Source: Candidatus Binatia bacterium
Lineage (GTDB): Bacteria > Desulfobacterota > Binatia > HRBIN30
Assembly: GCA_038245295.1 (NCBI GenBank)
Contig: JBBRSP010000005.1
Coordinates: forward strand, 196,916-260,915
DNA length: 64,000 nt
Direction of reading: 5' to 3'
Part shown: positions 47,606 through 58,200 of the stretch, in pieces
How positions within the stretch are numbered: the first letter of the stretch is position 1
How the letters are laid out: each line of letters opens with the position of its first letter
Translations under genes and position numbers: made by a program
Notes under the pieces: model-generated
What the model was told of the DNA's origin: nothing
The model's input: the letters and a program-made list of their open reading frames with translations, nothing else
Databases searched by the model: none

Positions 47606-50600
47606 TCGGTTGCTGGGTGGCGTGCCGTTGTTGGCGATACTCGCCTGCGGTGCTCTCAGCGGGTGCGGGGATGATGGCGATTCGAGATCGACGCCGACGC
47701 CAACCGCGACGGCGCTGCCGCGCCGTTATGACGTCACCGCGGATCATGCCGGCGATGCGACCGCCTATGTGCCCACCGTCGACCAGCTCACCATCCTCAA
47801 TCTCACCGTCGATACCGACCACGGCGGCTCCCTGGCGATCGGTCACCCGGTGCAATTGCATGCCGAGATCGACGTCCAAGCCGAGCCGTTCCGCAGTTTG
47901 ATCTGGTACGGTCTGCAGAGCGGTGACGGCAAGTACTGCATCATCGACCACGTGCCGCTCGATCACCTCGGTGGGATGTTCGAGGCGGCCGACAAAGCCA
48001 ACCTGGCGGTCTCGACGCATGACGACGGCATCCCACAGCCGTCGCTGACCGACTGCAGCGGCGGTACGGCCTGCGCCGAAGACGAGGAATGCCTGGCGTT
48101 CCAAGAGCAGGTGCCGACGACGTACAATCCACTGCCCACCAATGGCAGCGATCCGAACAGTAACATCCCAGACGTGCCGGAGAACGGTCCGGCACCGACG
48201 CAAGTCGACGTGAAGACCCAGACGACATACAAGTGCGCCACCGCCACATATGGCGCAGCGGAAGTGACGCGCGCCAAGGCGGCGCCGCTGCGCTTGAGCC
48301 CGGCAGATCTCGTGGGCAGCGTCGAGCAGCGTCACCTGCTCGGCTCGGTCGACGAGTTGCCGAAGGCCTGTGAGGTGCTCATCGGGGCGAGCGACGTCAG
48401 TGCCTGGCTCTCGTTTGATCCGGAAGACGAGACCCACTTCGTTCAGCGCCCGGAATTTCAATGGCCGGAAAGCGAGACTCCGACAACGCTCGACGAGACC
48501 CAGGAGGAATATATCCAGGGGCTGACCGCGTACCTGCAACGCCTTCCCGAGACGATGCCCGTGGCCGGTGTCGTCGCGGATCCGGGTCTTGATGTGGATC
48601 TACGCCACATCAATGTCGGCTCGGCGGTGACGCTCATCGACAAGGACGATCATCCGGGCGGTGATCTCCACATCGACGTCGACTACAGCCTCGACGGTGC
48701 GTTGACGGCCGGGCAGCAGGCGGCCATGCGCAATGCCGAAATCAAATTTCACTTCACTCTCCAGCCGGTCGGCGAGCCGCGTCAGGGCTGCACCCCGCCG
48801 ACGCCCTATCCGTCCCTCGCGGCCGAGCCGTTGATGATTGTCCACACCAACACCGATCATACCGGCAGCGGCGTCGAGGAAGAGCCGGTGACGAACATGA
48901 CGACCGGTAGTGACATCGACAAGTCATTCCCGCTGAGTCTGCCGTCCGGACTGCGCGCCAAGGTCTACGGCGAGTGGTCCTGCTGGGACGAGTTCGAGAT
49001 CAACGGTTGCCTGACGACCAACATGACGCAGGCCTCGATGGCGCAAATGGGCACCAGCGACGACTGCGCCAGCACCTCGGTGATGGTCTTGCGTGATCAG
49101 CCACCCGAAGGGGCGGTCCTCGAACCGGAGCCGTCGATCCAGCATGCGAACCTCATCAAGCACATCGGTAACCCTGGGTGCAGCGATCAGCTGTTCAAGG
49201 ACTACGCCGAGAACATGCGCAAATACTTCGAGCTCTCGAACGCCGTCCAGGTAACCGACTATTACACCTACGACATCATGCAATGGATTTGGGGGACGCT
49301 GACGCCCGGATCGAAGGGTGACGGGCTGCAGTACATCACCGACGCGGCGCGGCAAAACGGATACTTCGGTCACGTCAAGTCGTTCATCACGGAATGCGAG
49401 CAGTTGGGCGGCAACGGCTGTACGAATACCTGGGGCTTCAAGAATAGCCCCTGGAACATCGACATTCGCTCGTACCAGACCCAGCTGCTGCCCTACTTCT
49501 GGAATGCCTATGGACGTTCGGGCGCGGAGAATTACCTCGGGTTCAAGAACAACCCCGAAAATTTCACGCGCCTCGGTTTCAACTACGAATGCGCCGGTAT
49601 TGCCAACGGCTCGGTTTGTTCCGAAATCAGCTACGACCTGAACCGCGTCCCCGAGCTTGCCAACCGAGTCCGCGACGTTCTGGTCAATCGTAAGCGGAAC
49701 GATCCCCTGGCCGCCAAGATCAGCCCGAACGGCGTCGGGCGCTGCCTTGACCGTTCCTACCCGTCCCTGCAGCGCACCAACATCGACCAGAACGGCAAGT
49801 TAACGATCGTTCCGGACGACAACGCGTTCTATACGGCGTACCTGAACCAGGTCTGCGAGAAGGGCAAGTACAAGGCGACGGCGGACGCGATCTGGAATCA
49901 GATTTCGTCGAGCTGCAGTTACGTTGCCAAGCCGTTTGCCGACACGGGCGTCGGCATCTACGCCGGACGCTTCGTGCCCGAGCTCTACAAGTCCTATGAC
50001 ACCGGCTTCAAAGCCGGCCTCAAGGGTGTGGCCGAGGGTGGTGTGATCAATGACTACATCGTCGCCACACAGATCGGGCAGTTCAAATTGATCTTCGGTG
50101 CCCAGGGGCGGATCTACCTCGAATCGGATCCGAGCAACGACATCGTCGGCGGCTGGCTGAACGTCTACGACATCTTCAAGGCCTGGCTGCTCGGCAACTT
50201 CTATAACGACGTCCTCAGCAGCAATGTCGAAGCCGGCTTCCATGTCATGACCAACGACATCTGGAAGATCTCCTTTAAGATCCCGCAGGGCGAGTTTGCC
50301 CTGCCCGATCCGCCGGAGCTCTCCAAGGAAGTCGAGAAGTGCCGGTATCTCTGGAAGCCGCCGATGCCGTTCCGCATCGAGCTGTGCGGTGCGATCGGTG
50401 GTAAGGCGGATCTGACGGTCGATGCACGTATCCTGAAGACCGGCATCGCCGGCGCCGATCCCACGAAGGCGGACTGGCCCGGCGTGGCGGGTCGCATCAC
50501 CCCCGGAATCGCCGTCACCAACAAAGGCCGTGCGGGTCTCGATGTGTTTGTCGCTTCGGCGGGTATCGTCATCGTCATCGACCCGACGATCGGGGTGTTC

Positions 50601-50876
50601 ATCCCGGTGGAGATCGGCGCGAAGTGGAATCTCGCCATGCCGAACCTGCGCCAGCTGAACTACACCCTGGCGCCGTACGTCAAGACGACCCTCGAGCTAC
50701 GCGCCCTAGGCGGCTCGGTGAACGGCTACACGCGCTGGAAGATTCCGTCGTCGGACGAGAAGGTCTATCCAATCCCCGGCGCGCAGTGGGATCCGCTCGA
50801 CATCGGCAACCTTGTCGGCCAGGAGTGGGTGTTGGCCAAACACACCTGGGACATCAGCGGCAGCAAGTCGTTCTGA
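47592..50876 (+). CDS. Large lipoprotein with C-terminal amphipathic beta-sheet region (possible LLTP beta-sheet half)
   Basis: GGAAGGGG RBS; lipobox LSGC; long open frame; C-terminal ~300 aa of alternating hydrophobic strands. Confidence 0.78.
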   Translation: MKGISRLLGGVPLLAILACGALSGCGDDGDSRSTPTPTATALPRRYDVTADHAGDATAYVPTVDQLTILNLTVDTDHGGSLAIGHPVQLHAEIDVQAEPFRSLIWYGLQSGDGKYCIIDHVPLDHLGGMFEAADKANLAVSTHDDGIPQPSLTDCSGGTACAEDEECLAFQEQVPTTYNPLPTNGSDPNSNIPDVPENGPAPTQVDVKTQTTYKCATATYGAAEVTRAKAAPLRLSPADLVGSVEQRHLLGSVDELPKACEVLIGASDVSAWLSFDPEDETHFVQRPEFQWPESETPTTLDETQEEYIQGLTAYLQRLPETMPVAGVVADPGLDVDLRHINVGSAVTLIDKDDHPGGDLHIDVDYSLDGALTAGQQAAMRNAEIKFHFTLQPVGEPRQGCTPPTPYPSLAAEPLMIVHTNTDHTGSGVEEEPVTNMTTGSDIDKSFPLSLPSGLRAKVYGEWSCWDEFEINGCLTTNMTQASMAQMGTSDDCASTSVMVLRDQPPEGAVLEPEPSIQHANLIKHIGNPGCSDQLFKDYAENMRKYFELSNAVQVTDYYTYDIMQWIWGTLTPGSKGDGLQYITDAARQNGYFGHVKSFITECEQLGGNGCTNTWGFKNSPWNIDIRSYQTQLLPYFWNAYGRSGAENYLGFKNNPENFTRLGFNYECAGIANGSVCSEISYDLNRVPELANRVRDVLVNRKRNDPLAAKISPNGVGRCLDRSYPSLQRTNIDQNGKLTIVPDDNAFYTAYLNQVCEKGKYKATADAIWNQISSSCSYVAKPFADTGVGIYAGRFVPELYKSYDTGFKAGLKGVAEGGVINDYIVATQIGQFKLIFGAQGRIYLESDPSNDIVGGWLNVYDIFKAWLLGNFYNDVLSSNVEAGFHVMTNDIWKISFKIPQGEFALPDPPELSKEVEKCRYLWKPPMPFRIELCGAIGGKADLTVDARILKTGIAGADPTKADWPGVAGRITPGIAVTNKGRAGLDVFVASAGIVIVIDPTIGVFIPVEIGAKWNLAMPNLRQLNYTLAPYVKTTLELRALGGSVNGYTRWKIPSSDEKVYPIPGAQWDPLDIGNLVGQEWVLAKHTWDISGSKSF

Positions 50877-50878
50877 CC

Positions 50879-52795
50879 ATGCGACGATCGACTGTCATAG
50901 CGGTTGTCGTCGGCTTGGCGGTAACCGCGACGGTGACGACGTGGCGACACACGTCGCCACCGTCGCGGCTCGCGCCTGTGCCTAACATTCCGAGTGTCAT
51001 TGAGTGCCGGTGGGAGCCGGAGCAAGGCTTTGCCTTCGATGTTTCCATCGACTCCGATCTGACCTTCAATGAAGCGGCACTGGCGCCGCTTCTGCCGGGT
51101 CAGGCCAACCTGAACGTGACATCGCAGAGCCAGAAGGGCACGGCCACCGGCTGGCTCGATGCGAAGGTCTTGTCCGTAACCTCGAGCGGAGAAGCGATCT
51201 TGGCGGCGCGTCTGGCGTCGTGGAAAACAGATGCTCCCGGTGCCGGCGCCTTCGCCGAGCTCGATCGCGACATGATGCGCCCGTACCTGCTGCGCATCGA
51301 CTCGCGTTGCCACATCCTCGCCAGCGCGCGACCGAAAGATGCGAATGTCATCGCTTATCGACGTGTGCTCGGTGTCACCGATCGAATGGATTTCAGCCTG
51401 CCTCCGGTGGGTATCGATCCGACGCGGTCTTACACCAGCCGGCAGGTCGACGACTTCGGTACCTATAACTCGAGCAATCAATACCGCCGCGACAGCGGCC
51501 GCGGCGCCATCGAGCGCAAGCGCCTGGCGTACGAAGCTGGTGCGGCGGAAAAGAACGCCTTGCCGATGCGGATTCGCATCCACTCGGCGGGCGGCTCGGT
51601 TAGCCTCGGCAACTCGGCTTGGTTTACTCAAATCAGCGACAGCGAGGACATCGACACGGTATCGAACGGAAAGGTTCCCTTCCGCAGCCGTTCGAGCAGC
51701 AAGCTGGTGGCGCAAACGCCCGCCCCGGCTGCCTTCGATGGCGTGCCGATTGTGCTGTCGGACTATGTCTGGGGCCGTCCGAGCGAGGCCGAGATGGAGT
51801 TGGCGCACGAAGCGCTACGCGGTAGCGACATGAAAGAGCTGGCGGCCGCCGATGCGGTCGCGAAGTTCCTGGCGCAGCGTGACAGCGGTGTGCCCGGCTC
51901 GTGGCATGACGCGCAACGTATGCTGCGCGATTGGATGCGCGCCAATCCGGACGGCGTGCGCGAGCTTGCCAGGGAAATGGTGCAGCACAAATACAGCCGC
52001 TCCGATCAAGCCGACATCGTCCTGGCGATGGCGAAGAGCGGCTCGACGGCGGCGCGGCATGAGCTGGAACAGTTGGTGAAAGACACCGGCGCCGGCACCG
52101 ACTTGCGCGTGCAGGCGGCGAGCGCCTGCGGCGACTTGAAGCAGCCGACGGTGGAGACGGTATCGGTGCTCAAGGACATTGGCAGTGTCGACCGCAGTGG
52201 CACCCCGGAAGATATCCTGCCGAGTGCGGCGACGATGGCGCTCGGCTCGATCATCGATACCGCGCCGTCCGCCGATGCGGCGATCGAAGCGCGCAAGGTA
52301 CTGCACGACATGCTGCAACAGGGGCAGACGGGGAAGACGGTCGAGGCCTTCTATGCGGCAAGCAACTCCGGCGACGCGAGCTTCCTGCCGCAGGCCAATA
52401 CCTACGCGAAGAGTGAGCAGCCGGAAGAGCGCGCCGCGGCCGCACACTTCGTGCGCAAGGTGCAGCCTTCGCCCGAGACTCAGCAGATGCTCAACAGCCT
52501 GATGCGCGAGGACATGCAACCGGAGGTGGTGAAGCAGGTCGCCGAATCACGCCGCGAGCAGCTGCAAACCTATGGCGGCGAGCTCGGAAACGGCGAGCTC
52601 GCGTTGTACGCAACCAAGCTCGCCTCGGCCCCCGAGGGTGTGCGCTGGGAGATCCTGCGCACCCTGGGCGCGGCATCGCGCCTGCAGCCGGAGGCCAAAG
52701 GCCTGCTCGTCGATTGGTACGGCAGTGAGACGGTGGGCGCGTTGAAGGTGCTCATCGGGCAGTACGTCTCGGCGAGCGAGCTGCGCCGGCACTGA
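50879..52795 (+). CDS. Membrane-anchored vitellogenin-N/LLT-like beta domain plus HEAT-like helical domain
   Basis: N-terminal TM; starts 2 bp after the upstream stop; RPYLLRID, VDDFGTY, LAMAKSGST, ATMALGS, AASNSGD, ERAAAAHFVR in LLT-like order. Confidence 0.7.
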   Translation: MRRSTVIAVVVGLAVTATVTTWRHTSPPSRLAPVPNIPSVIECRWEPEQGFAFDVSIDSDLTFNEAALAPLLPGQANLNVTSQSQKGTATGWLDAKVLSVTSSGEAILAARLASWKTDAPGAGAFAELDRDMMRPYLLRIDSRCHILASARPKDANVIAYRRVLGVTDRMDFSLPPVGIDPTRSYTSRQVDDFGTYNSSNQYRRDSGRGAIERKRLAYEAGAAEKNALPMRIRIHSAGGSVSLGNSAWFTQISDSEDIDTVSNGKVPFRSRSSSKLVAQTPAPAAFDGVPIVLSDYVWGRPSEAEMELAHEALRGSDMKELAAADAVAKFLAQRDSGVPGSWHDAQRMLRDWMRANPDGVRELAREMVQHKYSRSDQADIVLAMAKSGSTAARHELEQLVKDTGAGTDLRVQAASACGDLKQPTVETVSVLKDIGSVDRSGTPEDILPSAATMALGSIIDTAPSADAAIEARKVLHDMLQQGQTGKTVEAFYAASNSGDASFLPQANTYAKSEQPEERAAAAHFVRKVQPSPETQQMLNSLMREDMQPEVVKQVAESRREQLQTYGGELGNGELALYATKLASAPEGVRWEILRTLGAASRLQPEAKGLLVDWYGSETVGALKVLIGQYVSASELRRH

Positions 52796-52995
52796 CGGGA
52801 AGCCCGCCGGTATGACGGAGACGCGGTAATCGCCGTCTAGGGAAAATAGACAGTCGCGGATGCCGGGGTCTGGCCTTCGCCGCAATATGGATGAGTTCCT
52901 CGGCATCGACTTCCCGGTCGACTGAGTTGCTAGATCACCGAGTCAGCGCGGACGTGCGCCCGCTACCACGGTGCACTCGGTCGATCCGCGCCGCA

Positions 52996-53430
52996 TCAGA
53001 GCGGCTCTTCGGCGTCGGCGAGGATTTCAGTTCGGGAAAGCCTTCGCGACGGCGCGCCGGACCGCTTCCTGGGCGCCTGTCTTGGGTCGATCGCGGGCTC
53101 AGGATAACGCTGACCGCCCTCCTGGGCCCAGAGCAGGGCCCGGTAACGATCCACGTAGAACGGATCGTCGCTGCCGTGTCCCCCGCCCAAGCGGACGATG
53201 TGCTTCACGACGCCCAGCGCATCGAGATCGCGTAGCCCGCGTTCGTTGAGGCGTATCGGGTCGATCAGCGTGAGCTCGTTTCCCGATCGGACGATCGCCA
53301 TGTTGCGGGACAACCGGACGAACCGATTGAAGCCGATGCTGCCGCGGGCCATGAAGAGGTCGTCGGCGATCGCCTGTATGGCCTGGTGGGGAAATACAGG
53401 CGGAAAGGTTTTGTTCGTCGTTTCGGCCAT
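52996..53430 (-). pseudogene. DUF4336/metallo-beta-lactamase-like protein with probable internal deletion
   Basis: SRNMAIVR.G.ELTLIDPIRL...LG.VKHIVRLG..HG.DD; a plausible C-terminus (GAQEAVRRAVAKAFPN*, stop 53027-53029) follows directly in another frame. Confidence 0.6.
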
Positions 53431-53543
53431 CGGACTCCGACCTCCAGCGGGTGCCCCGCTTACGTGCTGTGCCTGCCCAACACAATGGGGCGATTCGGGT
53501 GATTCTCTGACGAATCGGCCCTACGTCCGCTTGGATAACCCGA

Positions 53544-54053
53544 CTAACAGCCGCAATTGGGCAATTCGCAGGCGCCGTTGTTGTTGAGGATCAAGCCGAC
53601 GTAACACGCCGGCACCGGTACAAAGGCCACGTCTGGCGCCGTCTGGTCGCACGCGACTTGGGCGTTTCCGCAGGCGTCGAGCGCGGTGATCTGAATCGGA
53701 CCCGGACAATGGCTTGTCAGTGAGCCGCCGTTATCACCGTCATAGTTTTGCGTCGTCACCTTGTTGCAGTCCGCTCCCTGCACGACGATGTTACTGGGAA
53801 TCGCATACACGAACCCGGCACAAGCAACGATTGCCGCCACCAGAGCCACCCGGGGCACCGAGCGTGTCCTCAATCGATATACCGCGAAGCCAATCAGGAG
53901 GGTCGCCAGGACCCCGATCATCGACACCGACAGCGCCGGCGCGGCTTGGCCAATCGGAGCCGTGGTTGCTGAGCCGATCGTTTGCGCCCACGCGCTCAAC
54001 GGGATCAGGCTGCATAGACAAAGCGCCACAGTTGGAAGTGATCGACGAAGCAT
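53544..54053 (-). CDS. Small exported protein with an internal IPTL-CTERM-like segment (midcut-by-XrtH-like)
   Basis: Signal peptide, then APALSVSMIGVLATLLIGFAVYRLRTR, a second hydrophobic segment and a Cys-rich tail. Confidence 0.65.
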   Translation of the reverse strand: MLRRSLPTVALCLCSLIPLSAWAQTIGSATTAPIGQAAPALSVSMIGVLATLLIGFAVYRLRTRSVPRVALVAAIVACAGFVYAIPSNIVVQGADCNKVTTQNYDGDNGGSLTSHCPGPIQITALDACGNAQVACDQTAPDVAFVPVPACYVGLILNNNGACELPNCGC

Positions 54054-54371
54054 CGGTTATCGCCTTTCTTTGGCCTCTGTTTCGCGCCTGCCCGCCACTC
54101 GGGATAATGCCCAGTCCAGGATCGCGACAGAGAACCGTCGCAGCCTATAGTGGCATGCAGATTCTGTCAAAGCCTCGCTTCTCCGAGGAGTGTCTCAATT
54201 TGGGATCCACGCCCGCCGATAATCTCTAATCGGAGCGCGCCACTCCGTGGCGTCCGGAGACGGAACCTTACCCGCAACCGGTTTGCATTCCAGCGATGGG
54301 CGCCACGGAGTGGCGCGCTCCGCGATGGGATCCATCTCCCGCGCCCACCGATGGGGTCGACACCACGGTGC

Positions 54372-55001
54372 TCAGCGACGCGGCCGCCGCGGTGCCAACG
54401 AAAGCTTCGGCTCGAAGCTCGACGAATTGCCCCGGCTCACCACACCGCCCGCCTCGCCGCGCGTGCTGATCCATTGTTCGTAGGTCTCACCCAACTCGGT
54501 GAGGAACTCGATGTCGGCCGCCATGTGTTTCAGACGGCGCGCCAGCAGCAGCGAACGCACCGGAAACGGCACCTCGTCCTCGGCCGTCAGCACCGCGTCG
54601 CGACTACGCTCGGTGTCCTTGGTTTTGTACCACAGCTCTTCGACCCAGTGGTTGATCAGGCCGCGCACCGTATTGGGATCGGCGACGCCGAAGAACATGG
54701 CGCGCCCGACGACGTCGTCGCAGGCCTCGGGCCCCACTCGTATACGATCGAGATCCGCCAGCCATTCGTCGAACGCCGCTTTGCCCTCGTCGGTGATCAC
54801 GTAGGGCGCGCGTCGTGGATCGGAATCCGACGGATTCTCGGTAAAGCGCACCATGCCATCAATGGTCAGGCGGATGAGCTCGCGATAGAAATTCCCCGAG
54901 CTCATCTTCACGCCCGTGCGCTCCTCATAACCCTTCATGATCGAGTAACCATGTTGGGGTTCACCGCTGCGCAACAAGCCGAGCACCAGGTAACGAAACA
55001 T
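54372..55001 (-). CDS. PadR family transcriptional regulator
   Basis: YLVLGLL..G.PQHGYSIMK, SGNFYREL, RRAPYVITDEGKAAF.EWL; GGAGG RBS. Confidence 0.88.
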   Translation of the reverse strand: MFRYLVLGLLRSGEPQHGYSIMKGYEERTGVKMSSGNFYRELIRLTIDGMVRFTENPSDSDPRRAPYVITDEGKAAFDEWLADLDRIRVGPEACDDVVGRAMFFGVADPNTVRGLINHWVEELWYKTKDTERSRDAVLTAEDEVPFPVRSLLLARRLKHMAADIEFLTELGETYEQWISTRGEAGGVVSRGNSSSFEPKLSLAPRRPRR

Positions 55002-55157
55002 GTCGTCGTCCTCCTATCCCCGAGCGACGTTGTGCGCCGCTCTTACCTGACCTGGCGCGAAAGGGTCAATGCGGCAAACGCATAGCTGCAATGCAGCTAT
55101 TGACTGCTCTCGGCTCTCCCTCTGTGCCAGTTCGATCAACGTCTCCGCCTTTTCACA

Positions 55158-55213
55158 CCCTCACCCCGACCCTCTCTCGCCCTCGGTATTTTCGTTCGAA
55201 GCGGGAGAGGGAG
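55158..55213. repeat. CCCTCACCCCGACCCTCTC...GGGAGAGGG palindromic intergenic repeat
   Basis: CCCTCTC / GAGAGGG stem right after the RHS stop. Confidence 0.55.
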
Positions 55214-55217
55214 CGCT

Positions 55218-58200
55218 TCAGTACCGGGGCTCCAGACGCACTCCCAGAGCTGACGACGAACGATACAACTCGCCGAGCTCACCGGTCATGCTGTAGTGGA
55301 TCTGCGCCGGCACGATGCGCGAGTACTCGAGGCCCATCGATAGGGTGCCCAATGTCTGGGCCTGGGCGACGTGGCGCAGCTCGTGGGCGAGTGTCCGCAG
55401 ATCGAGACTACCTCCAGCGCTGCTGACGTTGGCGCCCAGTGTCATGGCGTTGCGATCGCCCAATCGCGGTAGCAACGCTCCGACGCGGAACTGAAAGGAT
55501 CCGAAGACCGGCATAGTCAGCAGCAACCCCGAGCGGTCGTACCAGGACTGTTGATTGAACTCCTGATGCAGCGCCTGCTCGCCGTGTGGCACCGGCGCCT
55601 TGGCGCCAAGGGCCAACACTTCCAGACTGGTCCCGGTAGCCCCGAAAGCTGCTCCTTCGGCAGCGCCACCACCGAAGCCGGCACCCGCCGCGAGACCGCT
55701 CAAGCCGCCGCCGACCGCACCCACCGTCGCCTGCGCGCCAATCTCGAGCGCCGCATTACTGAGGTATCCCGCAGCACCGTCACCAGCGACCGGTCCTAGT
55801 TCGCCCCCGAAGAAACCCAGAGCTCCCGTCGCCGCGCCAATCAATGCCGCCGTCAGTGGGTTCTGATTCTGCAACACCGCGCGGACAGCGCTCACTCCGG
55901 CCCCGACCGCCACGGCCGCACCCACACCGCCGGCACCTCCCGCACCTCCCGTGAGGGCACCCAACCCAGCCCCCAGGCCGATCCCGCGCAAGACTGGTCC
56001 GCCGGTCGCCGCAGCATGAATTCCGCCAATCGCCGCGCCAACCAGCGCACCTTGCGCGGCTCCCCCGACGACGGCGACAACGGTCGGATTGCCGACCACC
56101 GCCAACACCACCGCGAAGATCGCGTCGTCGATCCCGAAGAAGGCGCCGCTCGGATCGGTGGCACTGATCGGGTTGCCACCCGCATAACTGTAGGGGCTGG
56201 GGAACTGGCGCGCCGGGTCGGCGGTCAAGAAGAGCCCGAGCTGCGGATCGTAAACGCGCGCGCCGGCATCTTGCAGAGGCGCTGCCGGATCAGAGGCGAA
56301 GCCGGTGAACGACCGACACGACTGGCCACCAACACACGGAGGCGACGGCAATGGCTCGGCGTTCGCACCGAAACGCGCCCACACCTCGCCATAGGGCGTG
56401 TAACGCACCTGCTCGACAACTCGCCCGCGGCGATCGGTCACCAGATGCGTCGAGTTGAGATGATCCAGATGATAGTGCTGCACAACGCCGGTCGGCAGCG
56501 CTCCGCCAATCCACGATGGCGATCGGACCGCCGCCGCACGTTCCAGCGGACGCGACTGTTGCGAGGCGATCAGAAGATCGCCGACGTAGTAGAACTTTGA
56601 GAGAAGACCGTCTTCGATCTTAGCGATGCGACCGAAATAGAACGTCGTCGAGCCGTCCGCCGACACACGCAGGACCCGCCGGCCCTCATTGTTGTAGGCG
56701 TAGCGCACCGCGTCGTTGTTGATCGACACCAGACGATCCTCGGCGTCGAAGCTAAGCGATGTCCCCGCCCTCATCACGCGGTTGCCATTTGCGTCGTGCT
56801 CGATGTCGCCGACTACCCCGTCGACCGCGGCGAGCACGTGTGGTCTCGCCGTCTCATAGGTCAGCGTGTGGCCCTCCTTGAAGACGAGATTCCCGAGCCC
56901 GTCGTGGCGATACGTCAACGGCCTCTGATCACCTCCTGTGCGACACGATGTCAGACGCCCGAGGCCATCGTACCCAAGCTCCATGCTGTTGGACGTTTCC
57001 GGATTGCCGCCGGTCGGTCCGACGTCCTCGACCGAAGAGAGTTGCCCGGTCAGCGAGTAGTCGCCGTAACGATAAGCCAAGAGAAGGTTGGTGCCGCGCC
57101 GCGTCTCGATCGCCGCCAGTCGGTTACGCTCCGCCACACCGCCATAGTCGCGGCGATCCGCGGTGTGGTTACCGTGCTCGATCAGACGTGGCCGGCCGAA
57201 GACATCGTACTTCATCCGACGTAGGTACACCTTTTTGCCTTTGACCGACTGGACCTGGCCGGAAGCGTCGTAGCGGTATCGCACACGCTCGCCGTCCGGG
57301 TATGTCATGAGGGTAACGCGATCGCGGTTGTCGTACACGTAGCCCACGCGCGCCGTCGACGGCCCACCGTCGGGAGAGTTGATGGTCGTCATGACGTCGA
57401 TGCTCCGACCCAGGCGATCGTAATGAGTGCTCGTCGTGCCGCTCTCATCGACGACAGACGTCAGTCGCCCCAGCGCCGTATTCCCGTCGCTGAAGTCATA
57501 GAAGCCGTCGGCGTATGAGTCGTAGCGATACGACACGTCACCCGGCAGTTGGGTCGCACACCGGCCGGTGAAGCTGTCGGTCACCACATAGAATCTCTGG
57601 GTTGGCCGTTTGAGCGCATCAAAACAGCTCTCGGTGTGGCGCCCGACCTGCGGATCGTCCTGGAAGATCAGATTGCCGGCCAGATCGTACCCATACTGCC
57701 ACAGCCCTGAATCGGGATCTGTCAGACGGATCTTGCGCCCCAGGGAGTCGTACTCCATCGTTACCGTCGTCGCCGCGTTCCAGGCGCGTGGCATTGTCCC
57801 CTGCGTCGTCGACAGCAACCGGCCAAGACCGTCGTAGGCGAAGCGCAACCCCGAAACGAAGCGACTGCCGTCGTAGGTTTGCTTTTCGACGACGCGCCCG
57901 AACGCATCCGCTACCACGATGGTTTTGGCGCCGGCGCATCGCCCGTCATTGAAACATTCATCGGTCGTCGTGGTCGACCAGCCATCATACCGCACGCGGC
58001 GAAGAGACTGATCGGGATGCTGGACATAGATCTGGCGTCCCGCCGCATCGTAGCCAAATGACTCGGCGCCGCCCGCCGACGGCGGCGAAATGTAGGCTCC
58101 AACGCCCGGACGCGCCGCGGTGAATGGCGCATAGGAGCGCGCCACCCGCCCCATCACATCGAGATCGACCGTGTCGGAAACGATCGCCGTCGCCAAGCCA

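Noticed and set aside
54372..55001. Gene after the RHS protein as an immunity protein
   Set aside because: It is a clear PadR regulator, separated by about 215 bp containing a hairpin repeat.
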